Assembly (NCBI GenBank): GCA_003427395.1
Contig: BFEA01000041.1
Coordinates: 2,680,396 to 2,744,395, forward strand
Origin: Chara braunii
Taxonomy: Eukaryota > Plantae > Charophyceae
Direction of reading: 5' to 3'
Length of the DNA stretch: 64,000 bases
Positions 36,745 to 49,279 of this stretch are shown here, piece by piece. The stretch's first letter is position 1, and every line of letters starts with the position of its first letter. The notes beneath the pieces are model-generated. The model saw nothing but the letters and a program-made list of their open reading frames with translations. It was not told the origin of the DNA and did not search any database. The position numbers and the translations under genes were made by a program.

Positions 36745-39700
36745 CCCGACACTCGGTTGACCGGCGGGCCACGTAGCATTGAAAGCTCAGGTTGACGTCC
36801 ACCTAGGCTAAAGAACGGGGACGACGGGCGACGGGCTGGTGAGTAGTGACAGACAGCGGGGCGGCAGGGCGGTGTCGCGGGGTGCGGAGGTGAAGGCGGA
36901 CTGACCGGGGAGAACGAGTGAAGCAGTGGGGAGGAGAAGCCGACTGAACCCAGCCGGATTAATGCGCCGGGTGCATGCTGGGCGCAGTCGGGGAGTGGAA
37001 GGAGAACGGAGGCGCAGTGTCGGTACTGCGCTAGCAGTAGGGGCGGGGCCAGCGCTTGACGGGTGATAGACGATGGGCGGTGGCACGGTAAGACGACGAG
37101 GGAAGGCAAGGCGGAGAGTGAGACGGGCAGCGGTGTGCAGTAGCGGGCAGACCAGCGAGTGTAAAAGAAAAAGAAAAAAAAAAAGGAGTGTAAAAGAAAA
37201 AGAAAAAGGAGTGTAAGAGAAAAAGAAGAAAAAAAACGAGGGAGCGGTCTGCCTCCCTCGTTCGTCGACGGTCCTACGCAAGAGAGGAGGTGATCTTGGG
37301 GGTTTCACCCCGAACGAATCACGTGGTAGTGTTAGTTTTAGTGTTAGATTAGCAGATTTAGAGTTAGTAGGGAAACGAGCTGCGCGGAGGCTATGGCGGA
37401 GCAGCGGAGGGAGAAGAACAGAGAGCAATATCTCGCTCGATCCCTTACAGAATCAAGCGCGGAAAGGATCGAAATTGGGGTTTTGGAGGGCTGCGAGTAG
37501 GATTATGATGTTAGATTGAGTAGAAAATTAGTAGGATAAGAGTTAGTATAGAAAGGGGGTGCGCTAGGATATGGAGGAGGGGAGAAGGTGAAGACGAAAC
37601 CGGAGTTCTCGCTCGTTGCTCAACGGATTCGGCCAAGGTGAGATGGTATATGGGGGTTTTGGCACACTGTGGGTTGATTGGCCGCGACAAATTCTGAGTT
37701 TGGGCCTTGGTTTGGCCGGCACAGGCGGTAGGAGCTGCAGGAAGACATCAAGAAGGAGTTTTTCAAATAGCGATGTATCTTCCCGCGTTCTAGTGAAAGA
37801 TTCATCCGGGTTTGATCATGCTGCAGCGGGAGGCTAATATCGGGGTTGGAGACTTACCTGTAGGTCAAGTGTGTGGGGGGGAAGGTAGGGGGGGGGACTA
37901 CGACGTACCTGGCGGTTTATCTGGGGAGGCTTCGTCCCCCTTTCAAATACGTATTGTTGAGGGGTGACACGACGTTATCCGGCGCTATAGCCATCAGCTT
38001 GGTCGTGGTTGAGATCCTTGTCGCCCGACTGGAGGTCACAGTTATGCGTCGAGGTTGAGAAACCGTCGTGGTCGCCAGTTGCCATCATCTAAGGGGCTTT
38101 GTCCTCAGGCCAGATTGAGGCGCAGACAACGGGGACCATAGTGAAGCAGGTGCGCATGCGAGAGAGAGAGAGAGATCACCTACGTGGGCGGGGTCGGTGA
38201 GACCGGCGGGGAGCGGGTGCTGGCAGGGCACACAAAAGGAAAGGAGTTACTTACTTGAGGGGAGTGAGATCGAGAGGCTGCCCTTCCCCTGAGGAAGGGG
38301 TCGCTCGGTCTGGAGTATATGTATTGCCCGTAGGTGATGTCGTCGAGGTGACTTCCTGGGTCAGTGGGCGGTGGGAGACGACAGCCTAGCTCAGTTGCTG
38401 AGGCACTCAGATGGGATTTGGGAAGTCCTAGGCTCAATCCCCGGTGGCCTCGTGTACGCTGATGAGGATGGCACCCACCGTGGGTGTGGGGAGATGTCGT
38501 TGGGGCATTGAACGGAATTGCTGGTTATCCTCGGTTCACTATGGGCAACTGCCACTGGGCGCGCTGACTGTTACGGCGGACTGTTGCTAAGGACTGCAGC
38601 AGCCAGAGGGAGTGTGGTCGTTGGAGGTGGGGCATAGCCTGTTAATTTTGATAGGACTGTTGTTGCGGAGGACTAGGTGGCGCAGTAAGACAAGGCAGCA
38701 CTTACCACTGAAAGATGGGAATTGGGCTTCTTGATCCTAGCCCGAGTCTGAAACTGTAAGCCAATTGGACCGCGCTACTGCTGTGCTGTGGGGCTATAGA
38801 AAAAAAAATCGTCTTGAGCTCTGGTTTGTGTATTTCAGGTGACGAGGTTGCGGAATGGTTGAGTGCTCGAAGGGGTAGAGCCGTTACAGCAAAGTGGGAG
38901 GTCATCGGGGAGCTAACCACGATAACTTGACTTCAGAAATCGACCAAGCTGCTACTTGTCGGCCATCGAAGAGTACGGATGCCGCATTTAGAGACTGTTA
39001 CAGGCTGCTGAGCGGCCGCGATTGGGCTGAGTAGAGGGGCTGAGACTTAGAGAAGTGATGGCGACGAGGGTTATTTCTGCGAATTGGAAGATCGTCCGGA
39101 GAGTCGGCCTCAGCGGTTTGACTTTGGTTTGACCAAGCGCCTTCGATTTGGCTGCCTTTGCGGGGCCCTCAGGCACGTCAAGGAATCAAGGCCCTCTCCT
39201 GCGAGTCTGAGTGCACCTCTCTTGTATCTGAGAGACTAAATGCTTCTACCTTCTGCCCTTCTTCGTCTAAGTCTAGTCCTTTGGCTTTGAGAGGAAGGCG
39301 GCAGGCGGGCGTGTGGCGCGTGACCAGCGCCAAGGCCTTTATGGAAGGTTGCCCCATCGATTGCGGGAGCTCTGTCGGGACTCAGGCGGAGTCCTGGAGG
39401 CAGGGAACTGAGTGGTAAGCCTTTGACTCCCTCTATAAACCCAACTATAACCCCTACATGTACATCAATCTATGTTTGACTAAGTGGATTGTGTGGATCC
39501 TGTACTCGGCTCTGAGTTTGACTTTCAGGACATAAGTCAAACTGAAGCAAAAGAATGTATGTGCAAACTCAGTTTCAGTTGTTGATTGTCTGAAAGCAGA
39601 CTGTGAATGAAGTGGGTTGCATCTGGGGGAAGGTTGGGAGGAAGGCAGTATTGTGTGCGAACTTAGTGGGTCGTTGAGGCTGGGAGGTCCCCTTAAGTTT

Positions 39701-40179
39701 GGGGAAGCCCAGCGCTTTGTTTATTCGTGGTTTGCATGAAGCCTTAGGCCGCTCTATAAGCTTAGGTAGCCTGAAGCTCTGGAGGCCGGGATGTCACCAT
39801 AAGTTTGGGGAGACCTGGTGCTGTGAATTGCATGGAGGGTCAGGACGCTCTATAAATTTAGGTGTCCTGGCCGCTCTGACTTATGAGGGTTTGACTGTGA
39901 GTGACTTTCAGGGACCCAAGGCGCTCTATAAGTTTAGGTACCTTGGGTTGCCTCGTTTTATTTGGGATTCTCTCAGTTTCTTTGGTTCTGAACAAGGAGG
40001 TCTGAACCGCTCTATAAGTTTAGGTGGTTCAACNCNTCTCCTGTTTTGTTCTGAGGGAATAATCCTGGCAGAGGACAGACCGCTCTATAAGTTTAGGTAG
40101 CCTATCCCACTGCCTCGCACAGATTGGATCAGAGAGAAACGAACCTGGCAAAGGGTGCGGTCTGGTAAGCTGTCGGCGC

Positions 40180-43100
40180 TGAACCCTCGTCAACTTGGGA
40201 GGTTCAGGCTCCCCTTTTTCTCCCGTCACACCCCTTTCTTTACCTCCTTCAGGGGTACGACTAGTCTCTCCTCAATGATCGCATATCGCCTTTGTCCAGT
40301 GCTCTGGCCACCACTCACTCCTTCGCCTCTCCCGACCCACAGCCGAGGGTGCCTCTCTGTCCAGGGCGCAGACTTGCCCCCTCGGGGTCTTCTTGTGGAG
40401 GAGTAACTCCTTATGATCTTCCCTCACCTCCGCCTTACCCTGCTCAGCCGGTCCTTTAGGTGCTCCTTTGAAGGTCCTTTTCTTGCCATGCCTGACTTCT
40501 TCCAACCGCGTCAACCTCTCTTCCAGCATCCCAACTTTCCTCTGTATACCGCTTAGCTCTCCTTGCGTTGACGCGGCCTCGGCTGGCTGCTCAGGGCTCT
40601 TACCAAGCCTGCATTCCGCCTCATCCCCTGGGAACCTCAACCTCAGAGAAACTTCCAGCTCATCCCAGGTTTGCGACTTCAGCATGAGGGTATACACCTC
40701 CTCACTTAGTCCTTCACAAACGAACAAGGGGAACATGTACCACATCGCCTTCTTGTCCCACATCTTCGTAAGGCTAAAAGCTTGAAAGTCATGCAGAAAG
40801 CTTGACAGGTTCCTTCCTTGGAACAGCAGGGCGCGGAGATCTAGGGGCATTGACGCCTGCAACACTTCGTGCAGCAACACCTTCAACAGGCACAAATTCC
40901 TCCAAAGCAGGATCTTGGCGAAGCCGCTTTCTCCCGCCATGACGCTGACAGCAGCCTGATACGCACAGCGGGCAATAGACCATCAAACAATGATTTAAGT
41001 AAGTTCAGGCAGACAAGGGCAGACTACTAACACTTAAATCCCGTTGTCTACTCCTTTACTCATGCAATCAGACCTCAACCCCTAGTTACCCTGACGCTTA
41101 CCTTCATAACTACGATAACGAGCAAAGAGACGACTCCGGTCGAGTCCANAGAACGTCTTTAGTAAAAAAAAGGACNGCATCCCCTATCGACCCACTACCG
41201 CTCGAATCTCTTTCCAGTCTACATTTTCCTCATTCGGATCATGAGACGAGGAGTATACGTCCAGTGTATTGGCCGTGTTCCTAGCCACTTACTTGAGGGT
41301 AAGAATCTCCGGTCTAGATATAGACCATACATCTGTTCACACGTGTATCGCCCATACTCCCAATCTCGCGCCCTCAGAGCAGCTTCCGCTGCCGCCTCTA
41401 TCTTCGCCTTCCCACCAAAACTCTTCTCTATCAGAAACTCAGGCAGGATTACTCGCAGCAGAGCAGATGGAAGCCGGAACTCTCCAGCGCGCTTGACCCT
41501 TACGCGGGTTAGCACTCGCTCTTCCCCATCACGGGACACTTCCTTCGCCGACTTTGCTGCTGCTGCCTCGACCGCCCTCAGAGGCTTAGCAGCAGGCTTC
41601 CATGCCCAAGCGCCAACTCTATCCCAGCTCGATCCAGAATGAGGGCGAGGCGTACAACGTCACCCTTACAATCGCACACTCCTGCTCGTCATCAAACCCA
41701 GACTCGATCCAGGCAAAGATGTCCGTGCCCATCAACATTCCCCACCATGAAGAGTGGTACTCTCCTGCTCTGATCCGCGTGGGTAAAGACATCTCGAGCC
41801 CTCCCTCTCTCTCAACTGGCCCGAGCATACGCGGGTCTTCCGGTGCATAAGGCATCCGTCTGGGCTCTGCCCATCACAGGCAAACGTCCAGCATGCGCCT
41901 TCCGTTATTAAACAAACAATCCCTACCCTTCTCGGAAGGGCGCCCCAAATGTACAGGCTAAATGGCCAACCATGAGCCAAATGCTGGATTATAAACATTC
42001 ATATAATTCCTACAGACTGATAGGATCCCAATATGAATCAGATAAATTGCCCCCATGGAGTACTTCCGAAAGAGGTATCCCTTACGTAAATAGACATGGA
42101 CTAGACTTACAATATATAACTTAAGGGAATGCCCTCAAGAATTTGATCTCAAGTCCTTAGCTCCGAAGACGAATGGCCCTAACCTGGAAAGGTTCAAGCA
42201 AGGGTCTAACTTAAGACTTAGCAGAATAATCTAAACGTTAGACCCCACCCACTACCATTCCAACTGCCTCTAGGATCAATTACTTAGCCTTGGTCTCACG
42301 CAAATGCAGACATACCATGCTGCTGTAAAGACCCCAACGGCCATAATAGGTACCTCATACGGCCATACCCTTTGATAAACGTGCTTAGCCTTATCGATAT
42401 TGCTTCACCTCTCCTTAGCCATGTCACTTGGGCAAGACGTCGTTTCATCCCATCAGCTATCAAGGTCATAAGCAGACCACATCCGCATATAGTCAACACG
42501 CTTATCACTCTTATGTCACTCGTATTCTACCAAGCACATCGTCTCGCTCAATCGGCCTGTTATACAAACAAGGAGAGAATAATAACAGTCCACCCAACAA
42601 TCCGGCTTACTGAATACTTATCGGACTCCCCTACACAACTTTGGCACGGCCCAAGCCTAGTCAATCACTACCACGCGTCTCACTTCTAGACTCTAGGCTC
42701 ATCTAACTAGAGTTCGTTCCTCCCTCTTTAGCAATCTCACCGCATCATCCGTCTAACTGACCCTTCTGCCAAACCGAAGGTAGAAATTCGGAATCTTCAT
42801 AACCCTTTACTTAAACGATCGTACAAACTTTCCGCAATCTATCTCACAAAATCCTAGAACTTCCCATACATGCCTGATTTTTTCTCAATCTACCCGGGTG
42901 TCGTTCCACCAGGGAGAACGGTAGGCAGCTGTTATCCCCGGCAACGGCGCCACCTGTCGAGCGCATCGCTCTAGCACCGCATGCGGCGGCGCGGGACCCT
43001 CTCGGCCACGTCACGCAGGAGTTGAACCAACCTCGACACGAACACGCATATGGAGCTTCCTTAGGCCGCTCCAGCCGAGTGCACCAGCCATACCTCTCGC

Positions 43101-43405
43101 GAGCCCCTACGACATGATAGGGCCTACGCGAGGCACAACTTACCTCCACCTTATGGGAGCTGTCACCTCCCTTTGGTGGGCGTATCCCCGCCGAGCTACC
43201 AGTCCACAGTACGAAAGTTAATCAGTTGCAATCGCAAAGGTGGACCAGCCGAGGGCGTTTCTCGTTCACTGTAGCATAGGGGCTACGCGCGGTAATATGC
43301 CTATCGGACCCGCACACGAATCGACATCTTGGGGGGCTGAGGTCCCAAGCGCGACTCGTCGTCGGTCGACTAGGACGCATCCCACACACCACGCGCACAC
43401 CACTT
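40180..43405 (-). repeat. Inverted copy of 29082-32401 (LTR end, PBS, leader, gag start)
   Basis: Near-identical mirrored ORFs (40272..40940 vs 31541..32221; 42844..43149 vs 29338..29643); lacks ~100 bp corresponding to 32119-32220. Confidence 0.95.
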
Positions 43406-46263
43406 GCCCCCTCGTCGTCGGTCGACTAGGACGCATCCCACACACCACGCGCAGGATCATTGAAGGATCATGAACTATTGTTTGTTCAGGTTGACTTGGG
43501 AATGGTGAGGGTATTTACCTTTGTGGTTTGGCCTGCCTGCGGCTGAGTGAGGCTACTACTTGGTCTGAGTTTCAGTTTGATAGGTAGTTGCTTTAGTCGC
43601 TCACCACGTGCTAGAGCCATAGGAGTTAGTTTCGATTCGTGCATTTTCTGAGCTAAGTTTTTTTTCTTTAGGTCAATTCTCGCATTTTCTGGTATCATTT
43701 TCTGTACTTGGCTTTGTATAAATCTTAACAAGCTACTTTCTCTACGGGAAGCGCTGCCGAAATTTCTACAAATCCAAGAAGTTAGTCAATTTTCGACTGG
43801 TTCAAGTTCAACTTGTCTTTTCTTTATATCTGACCTAGTAAAAATCTGGAAAATCTCATTTTCTAAAGGGAGTGCTGCCCAATTTTTTGTTAATTCAGGG
43901 AGTTACACAAAATTGGACCTTGAGAAGTCAAAGTTGCTTTCAAAATTCTCGACTTAGGCTTGTATAAATTTTGGAATAACACTTTTCTAGAGGGAGTGCT
44001 GCCGAAATTTCTGCAGAACCAAGGAGCTAGTTAAATCTTGTATAAAGTTGAACTCAAGATGTCTTTTGAGTCCGTATCTGACTTAGTATAAATCTGGGAA
44101 GTCTCCCTTTCTAAAGGAAGTGCTGCCCAAATTTCTACTAATTCAGGGAGTTAGACAAAACTTGACTTTCCAGACTTAGAAACTATTTCTGTGTTTTATA
44201 TTCGGGATGAAATAAATTTTGAAAAGACGCTTTTCCTATAGGAAATAGTGCCAAAATTTTTTGATTTAGAGGAGTTAGATTATATTTAATAGGTCGCGAT
44301 TCTGACGATCCACCCTGTATAGGGGAGACTATGCCAAGGGTCTGCCTTTGCTTTGGGCACTGCTTAAAGGTAGATTCAAACTTAGTTAACTATGACGATT
44401 TGAGTGAAAATGTGTTATGGAGTTGTATTCTCCATACACTTATGGTTTCAGCTTGGGGATTGACCTGTCATGCGTTACAGGTCCTCTTGATCGTTTGATT
44501 CGGGATTGGGACTAGTTTCAGCTTGATCCCACAAGGATCACATTCTGTTATCACTGATAACGGATCGGTTGCCGATTCGTCGGTTTACAACTCAACTCCA
44601 ATCCGCTCTTGCTACTCAACCTAAAGGTCTTAGCTTTGTGGTTTGAATTGTTTCATTGTGTTTTTACCCGGACTTTATTGAATGGCCATTTAACAAAAGT
44701 ACTGAATATTTATTTTGAGGAGTTGCACAAGAGTGAGGTTTGCGTCCCTAAAGCGAGGGGTATGAGCATAGAGAATGGTTGAAGTTGACCCCGTGTAGTG
44801 CATGGACTTCTGGTTGAATCTTTGATGTGATTGCAGGTATGGTTGTGATTCGGACTCTGGATGTGATTGCCTGCGATTTTATACATATATGGCTGAGAGG
44901 AGCCTCACTGTGACGGTGAGAAGTGATCGTCCTATATAATCAACCCTTATGTGTTTATAAGTGCTCTAAGTATTTGAGAGGGCTACTGTGAGTGCGAATA
45001 AGGGTTAACTGGATTATGTCTCGGGAGGGAAGAGATGTCCCCTTTTTACCCTTGTTTTTTAGAGATTTCTATGGTTGGACGTTGTAGTCCGTGGCAGCCG
45101 TCAAAGTCAAACCCCTTGACTTTCGCCCAGGCTCGGGGAGGACCTACCCCTAGGGCCGCGAGGGACGACTACCACCACAGGTATGGACCCGTGTACCACC
45201 CACTCTGCATAAGGGCGCAGAAGAGTGTGTGTGGTCTTCAACCGCGCACGGCGGTTGTCCACCATCGAGAGATTAACCCTCAAGGCGCGTGTCAGCCGAC
45301 ACTTGAGTGTTGAATGCGACCCTCGAGATGAACGAGGACCGCGTGAGTATGGGTACTACATAGTACGCCATCATTGCGACCGCTTGCGTACNCTTGCATC
45401 GCGAGTCGATATGAGCTAGCCCTGTGTCTGCGCGGTTTTTATACTAAGCCTCGCGCGCGACGCCTATTCGATCTCCGCGTTGGAAAGTTATGGGTTGGCT
45501 ACCGAGGGGCTAGGAGCGTTGCCGCGTTGTTCGATGTGCGTGCGTGTGTGCGTTTTGTTGTTTTTGTGTGTTCGTAAAGTGGTGTGCGCGTGGTGTGTGG
45601 GATGCGTCCTAGTCGACCGACGACAAGTCGCGCTTGGGACCTCAGCTCCCCAAGATGTCGGTTCGTGTGCGGGTCCGATAGGCGTATTACCGCGCGTAGC
45701 CCCTATGCTACAGCGAACGAGAAACGCCCTCGGCTGGTCCACCTCTGCGATTGCAACTGATTAACTTTCGTACTGTGGACTGGTAGCTCGGCGGGGATAC
45801 GCCCACCGAAGGGAGGTGACAGCTCCCGTAAGGTGGAGGTAAGTTGTGCCTCGCGTAGGCCCTATCCTGTCGTAGGGGCTCGCGAGAGGTATGGTCGGTG
45901 CACTCGGCTGGAGCGGCCTAAGGAAGCTCCATATGCATGTTCGTGTCAAGGTTGGTTCAACTCCTGCGTGATGCGGCCGAGAGGGTCCCGCGCCGCTGCG
46001 TGCGGTGCCGGACTGATGCGCTCGATAGCGCTTAAGGGCGTGCACCCCCCCTACGACTTGGTCCTCGTACCCATTCCTAACTACCACTAACCTACTAACT
46101 CTAACTTTGCTAACCTGCTCCCTATCTAATATGTGCCTTGACGTATCATGTACCTAACTACCCCCCTTCCCCCCTTGCATAACATTGGATCTAATGACAC
46201 TGTATAATGTCCCATTCTGAATGGGATGGTCGTGTTTTATACACACACCCCCTACTCACACAC

Positions 46264-46513
46264 NNNNNNNNNNNNNNNNNNNNNNNNNNNNNNNNNNNNN
46301 NNNNNNNNNNNNNNNNNNNNNNNNNNNNNNNNNNNNNNNNNNNNNNNNNNNNNNNNNNNNNNNNNNNNNNNNNNNNNNNNNNNNNNNNNNNNNNNNNNNN
46401 NNNNNNNNNNNNNNNNNNNNNNNNNNNNNNNNNNNNNNNNNNNNNNNNNNNNNNNNNNNNNNNNNNNNNNNNNNNNNNNNNNNNNNNNNNNNNNNNNNNN
46501 NNNNNNNNNNNNN
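46264..46513. other. Assembly gap within a (CA)n microsatellite
   Basis: N run flanked by CA repeats. Confidence 1.
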
Positions 46514-46570
<57 letters not shown>

Positions 46571-47991
46571 CTTACTGTGATTCTCGCAATTAAGCACATA
46601 CACACACACACTACCACACATATGCACACACACACACACATACACGAAGTACACAACCACACACATGTACACACACATGCACAAAAAACTACCAAAAACA
46701 ATAATAACAAAATTAACAAACAATAATGCACACAGTATTTTCATCAAACATAATAAATAATTAGCTATAAGTAATATACGGAAAAAAAAAATAAAAAATT
46801 TTATTATTATTATTATTATTATTTTTCTAAAGCATGCAAAAAATTTACAGACATAGCCACCAGTAAATTTGCACGAAAATACCTCAATTGTAACAACTCC
46901 CTATCACCACAGCAAGACTAATATAAACCAATATAAACAAATAACACAGATAAGCAAGAAACAATTATGGGTCTCACGCATATCCGTCTCAAAATCAAAA
47001 CATACCCCCCACAGCACACAAGCATAGGGACTAGTAGAAATACAGCTCTAGGTCGTTATCGAATCACACACCAAAACAAAAAGACACATCGTTTCAATAA
47101 TGATACGAAAAAAAACGATACGACAACACGTTGTTTTACGAAGAACTTGCCGCCCGAGATCTGGAACTGAACAAACAGACAAAACTCAAAAGACACATCC
47201 CCCTCCATAACTTCACCTTTATCCCACACGACAAACATTCCCCGAGCTACACCACATCGGGCAGATGACAAACATGCTGACCTCGGGGATAAGGACAAAC
47301 TCAGAACCTCCGAGGCATAGCTCATACAGACAATATGTAAAACAAAAGTAAGTAAGCGGACTCTAGGAAACCTACTGATACATAGCATAGCCCACGCAAA
47401 GACGCATAGCAAACAAACATTGCACGCCCGCAAGCGCTACGATCGACATTCACCAGCAGATACACACCCACCCTCACCCTTGCTAAAAACTATACCAAAG
47501 CAAGAACCCCTCCCGAATCGTATTCACGCACCCCCTAAAGCCCTACACAAATTGCAAGCTTCCATTCACAATGGCACACATACGCCAGCCCAACGCTGCC
47601 TACTATGTTGACGAACACATCTGTTGCACATCGCTCAGGCATGACCATAGCTTTCGCACCACACCACACCACACCACACCACACCACAGACATTCACTTT
47701 ACAAATACTACCTACACATGCTCCCCCTCTTTCGGAAAGATGAGTAGCTCCAGTTCGTACAACAAAACACTACCTCTTCCTAACCTGGCACTACCTGGCT
47801 CCTAACGCACGGCTCGGAAGCATCTGCTACTCGTGTGAGTTGTTACAGGCGGAGTTTGCAAGCGATGGCGGAAGCTAACGACGCGTCCTCTCCACAAAAC
47901 TTCCACCTTCAGGTATGCTCCTCAGGTTGTGTCTACTTCTGTTGTACCTGCTAGTATAACCCATCAACTACTAATAGGGAGCCAGAGGTTA

Positions 47992-48044
47992 GCCCTCTTA
48001 TGAGCCGCTATGGGTGCTAAGCGGCGAAAAGCACGCTTCAGGGC
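47992..48044 (+). ncRNA. Type I hammerhead ribozyme with a G5U core change
   Basis: GCCCT CTTATGA GCCGCT-ATGGGTGCTA-AGCGGC GAAA AGCACGCT TC AGGGC; stems I, II and III all pair. Confidence 0.85.
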
Positions 48045-49279
48045 GTGCACCCCCCTATGGCTGTCCTCAGACAACCATTCCTAACTCTAATTAATTAAAT
48101 GTTTACTCTAACTACTGAATTGTTCCCCCCTAACACTTACATAAAATTCCCTCACACATCCTCCATGTCGAGTTGATGGCTGAAACGCACCACCCATGTT
48201 AAACTGCTGCTAACTAAGTGCGGTATGACAGACTTATGGCCCTTTGTTTCTCGTACTTTATGGGGAGGCCGTGTTTACACACCCATCACACATATACCCT
48301 GATGATCTATCCAGTCGCCAAACACGGGTAGACTCCCTTGTTGACAAAGACCTTGTAAGTCTACACCATACCTACAATTTCTAACTCTCTGCGATTAAAA
48401 CATGCTAACTCCGCCACCAACACACAATTTTCGTTGCTTCTTGCACCATCCTTCTCAAACCCAGCTCCTCGTCGGCGCTCTGCAAACATCTCATTTCCGT
48501 TAAAAAAACTTCTCTTGCTACTTAAAAACTACGCCGCAAAAAGTATCGTCTTACACATCTATATACACAACCTGCTACGCGATATATGCAACCCTGATCT
48601 AAGTAATCATATAACTATCCACAGCATATAATCCTTCCCCCCACACACTTACACACCGCCCAAACCCCTTTTTAAAAAAAATCCCTACCGCGTATTTATT
48701 TAGAAAGAACGCCCAATAAAAGTTGCGATTCAATGCGGATAAACCTGCCGCGTATTGATTTCTAGATATACATGATTGATAACTCTTTTATTTTTTCAGA
48801 CGTGCCAGCGGTTTGATGAAACAAATACCTATCGCACTAAGGAGAAAAGTCACGAACGTTTTCTGAGAAAGGTATCCATCGCTACGAATAAGAAACTCCC
48901 CCGCTCAATTAGACACACACAGACCTCTCTGACCCTCGATTGGATGATCGCTCTATATAGATCAAATTCCTTACTATGACAACCTTTCACACGCTGATGC
49001 TTTCGTAAGCGACAACGTTCCGAATTGCATAGTCACCGAGTCACACTTTCATCTGGTTGTGGACCATTTGGTACATACAGTAATCACTATACTGTGTACA
49101 GGACCTACTATTAATCTACCATTGTCATTATAAAGTATGTGATAACTACGTCCTTACAGACTTATTGGTTACGCAACAGTCTTTTTCATAGCAGCTACAT
49201 GACGGTTAGATATACGCCTCGCCCCTAGCGCACCTATACGGTCAACTAATAACACGGAGCTGCTATTGCATAACAAACA

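Larger units (their letters stand above)
25792..46027 (+). mobile_element. LTR retrotransposon B: ~20 kb, rearranged, gag remnants only, Athila/Tat-type PBS
   Basis: Termini TGTCG...CGA(C/T)A; GCGC on both flanks (25788-25791, 46028-46031); PBS after the 5' LTR; no RT, RH or INT core recognisable. Confidence 0.85.
35490..46027 (+). repeat. 3' LTR of B, interrupted by an inverted internal duplication
   Basis: Starts TGTTGGCGCGAATACCC like 25792 and ends GCTCGATA like 29532. Confidence 0.85.

Noticed and set aside
48296-48335. Third hammerhead at CCCTGATGA TCTATCC..GGGTAGA
   Set aside because: No GAAA follows the putative stem II and there is no stem I partner; CTGATGA at ~24647 and ~38459 fail the same way
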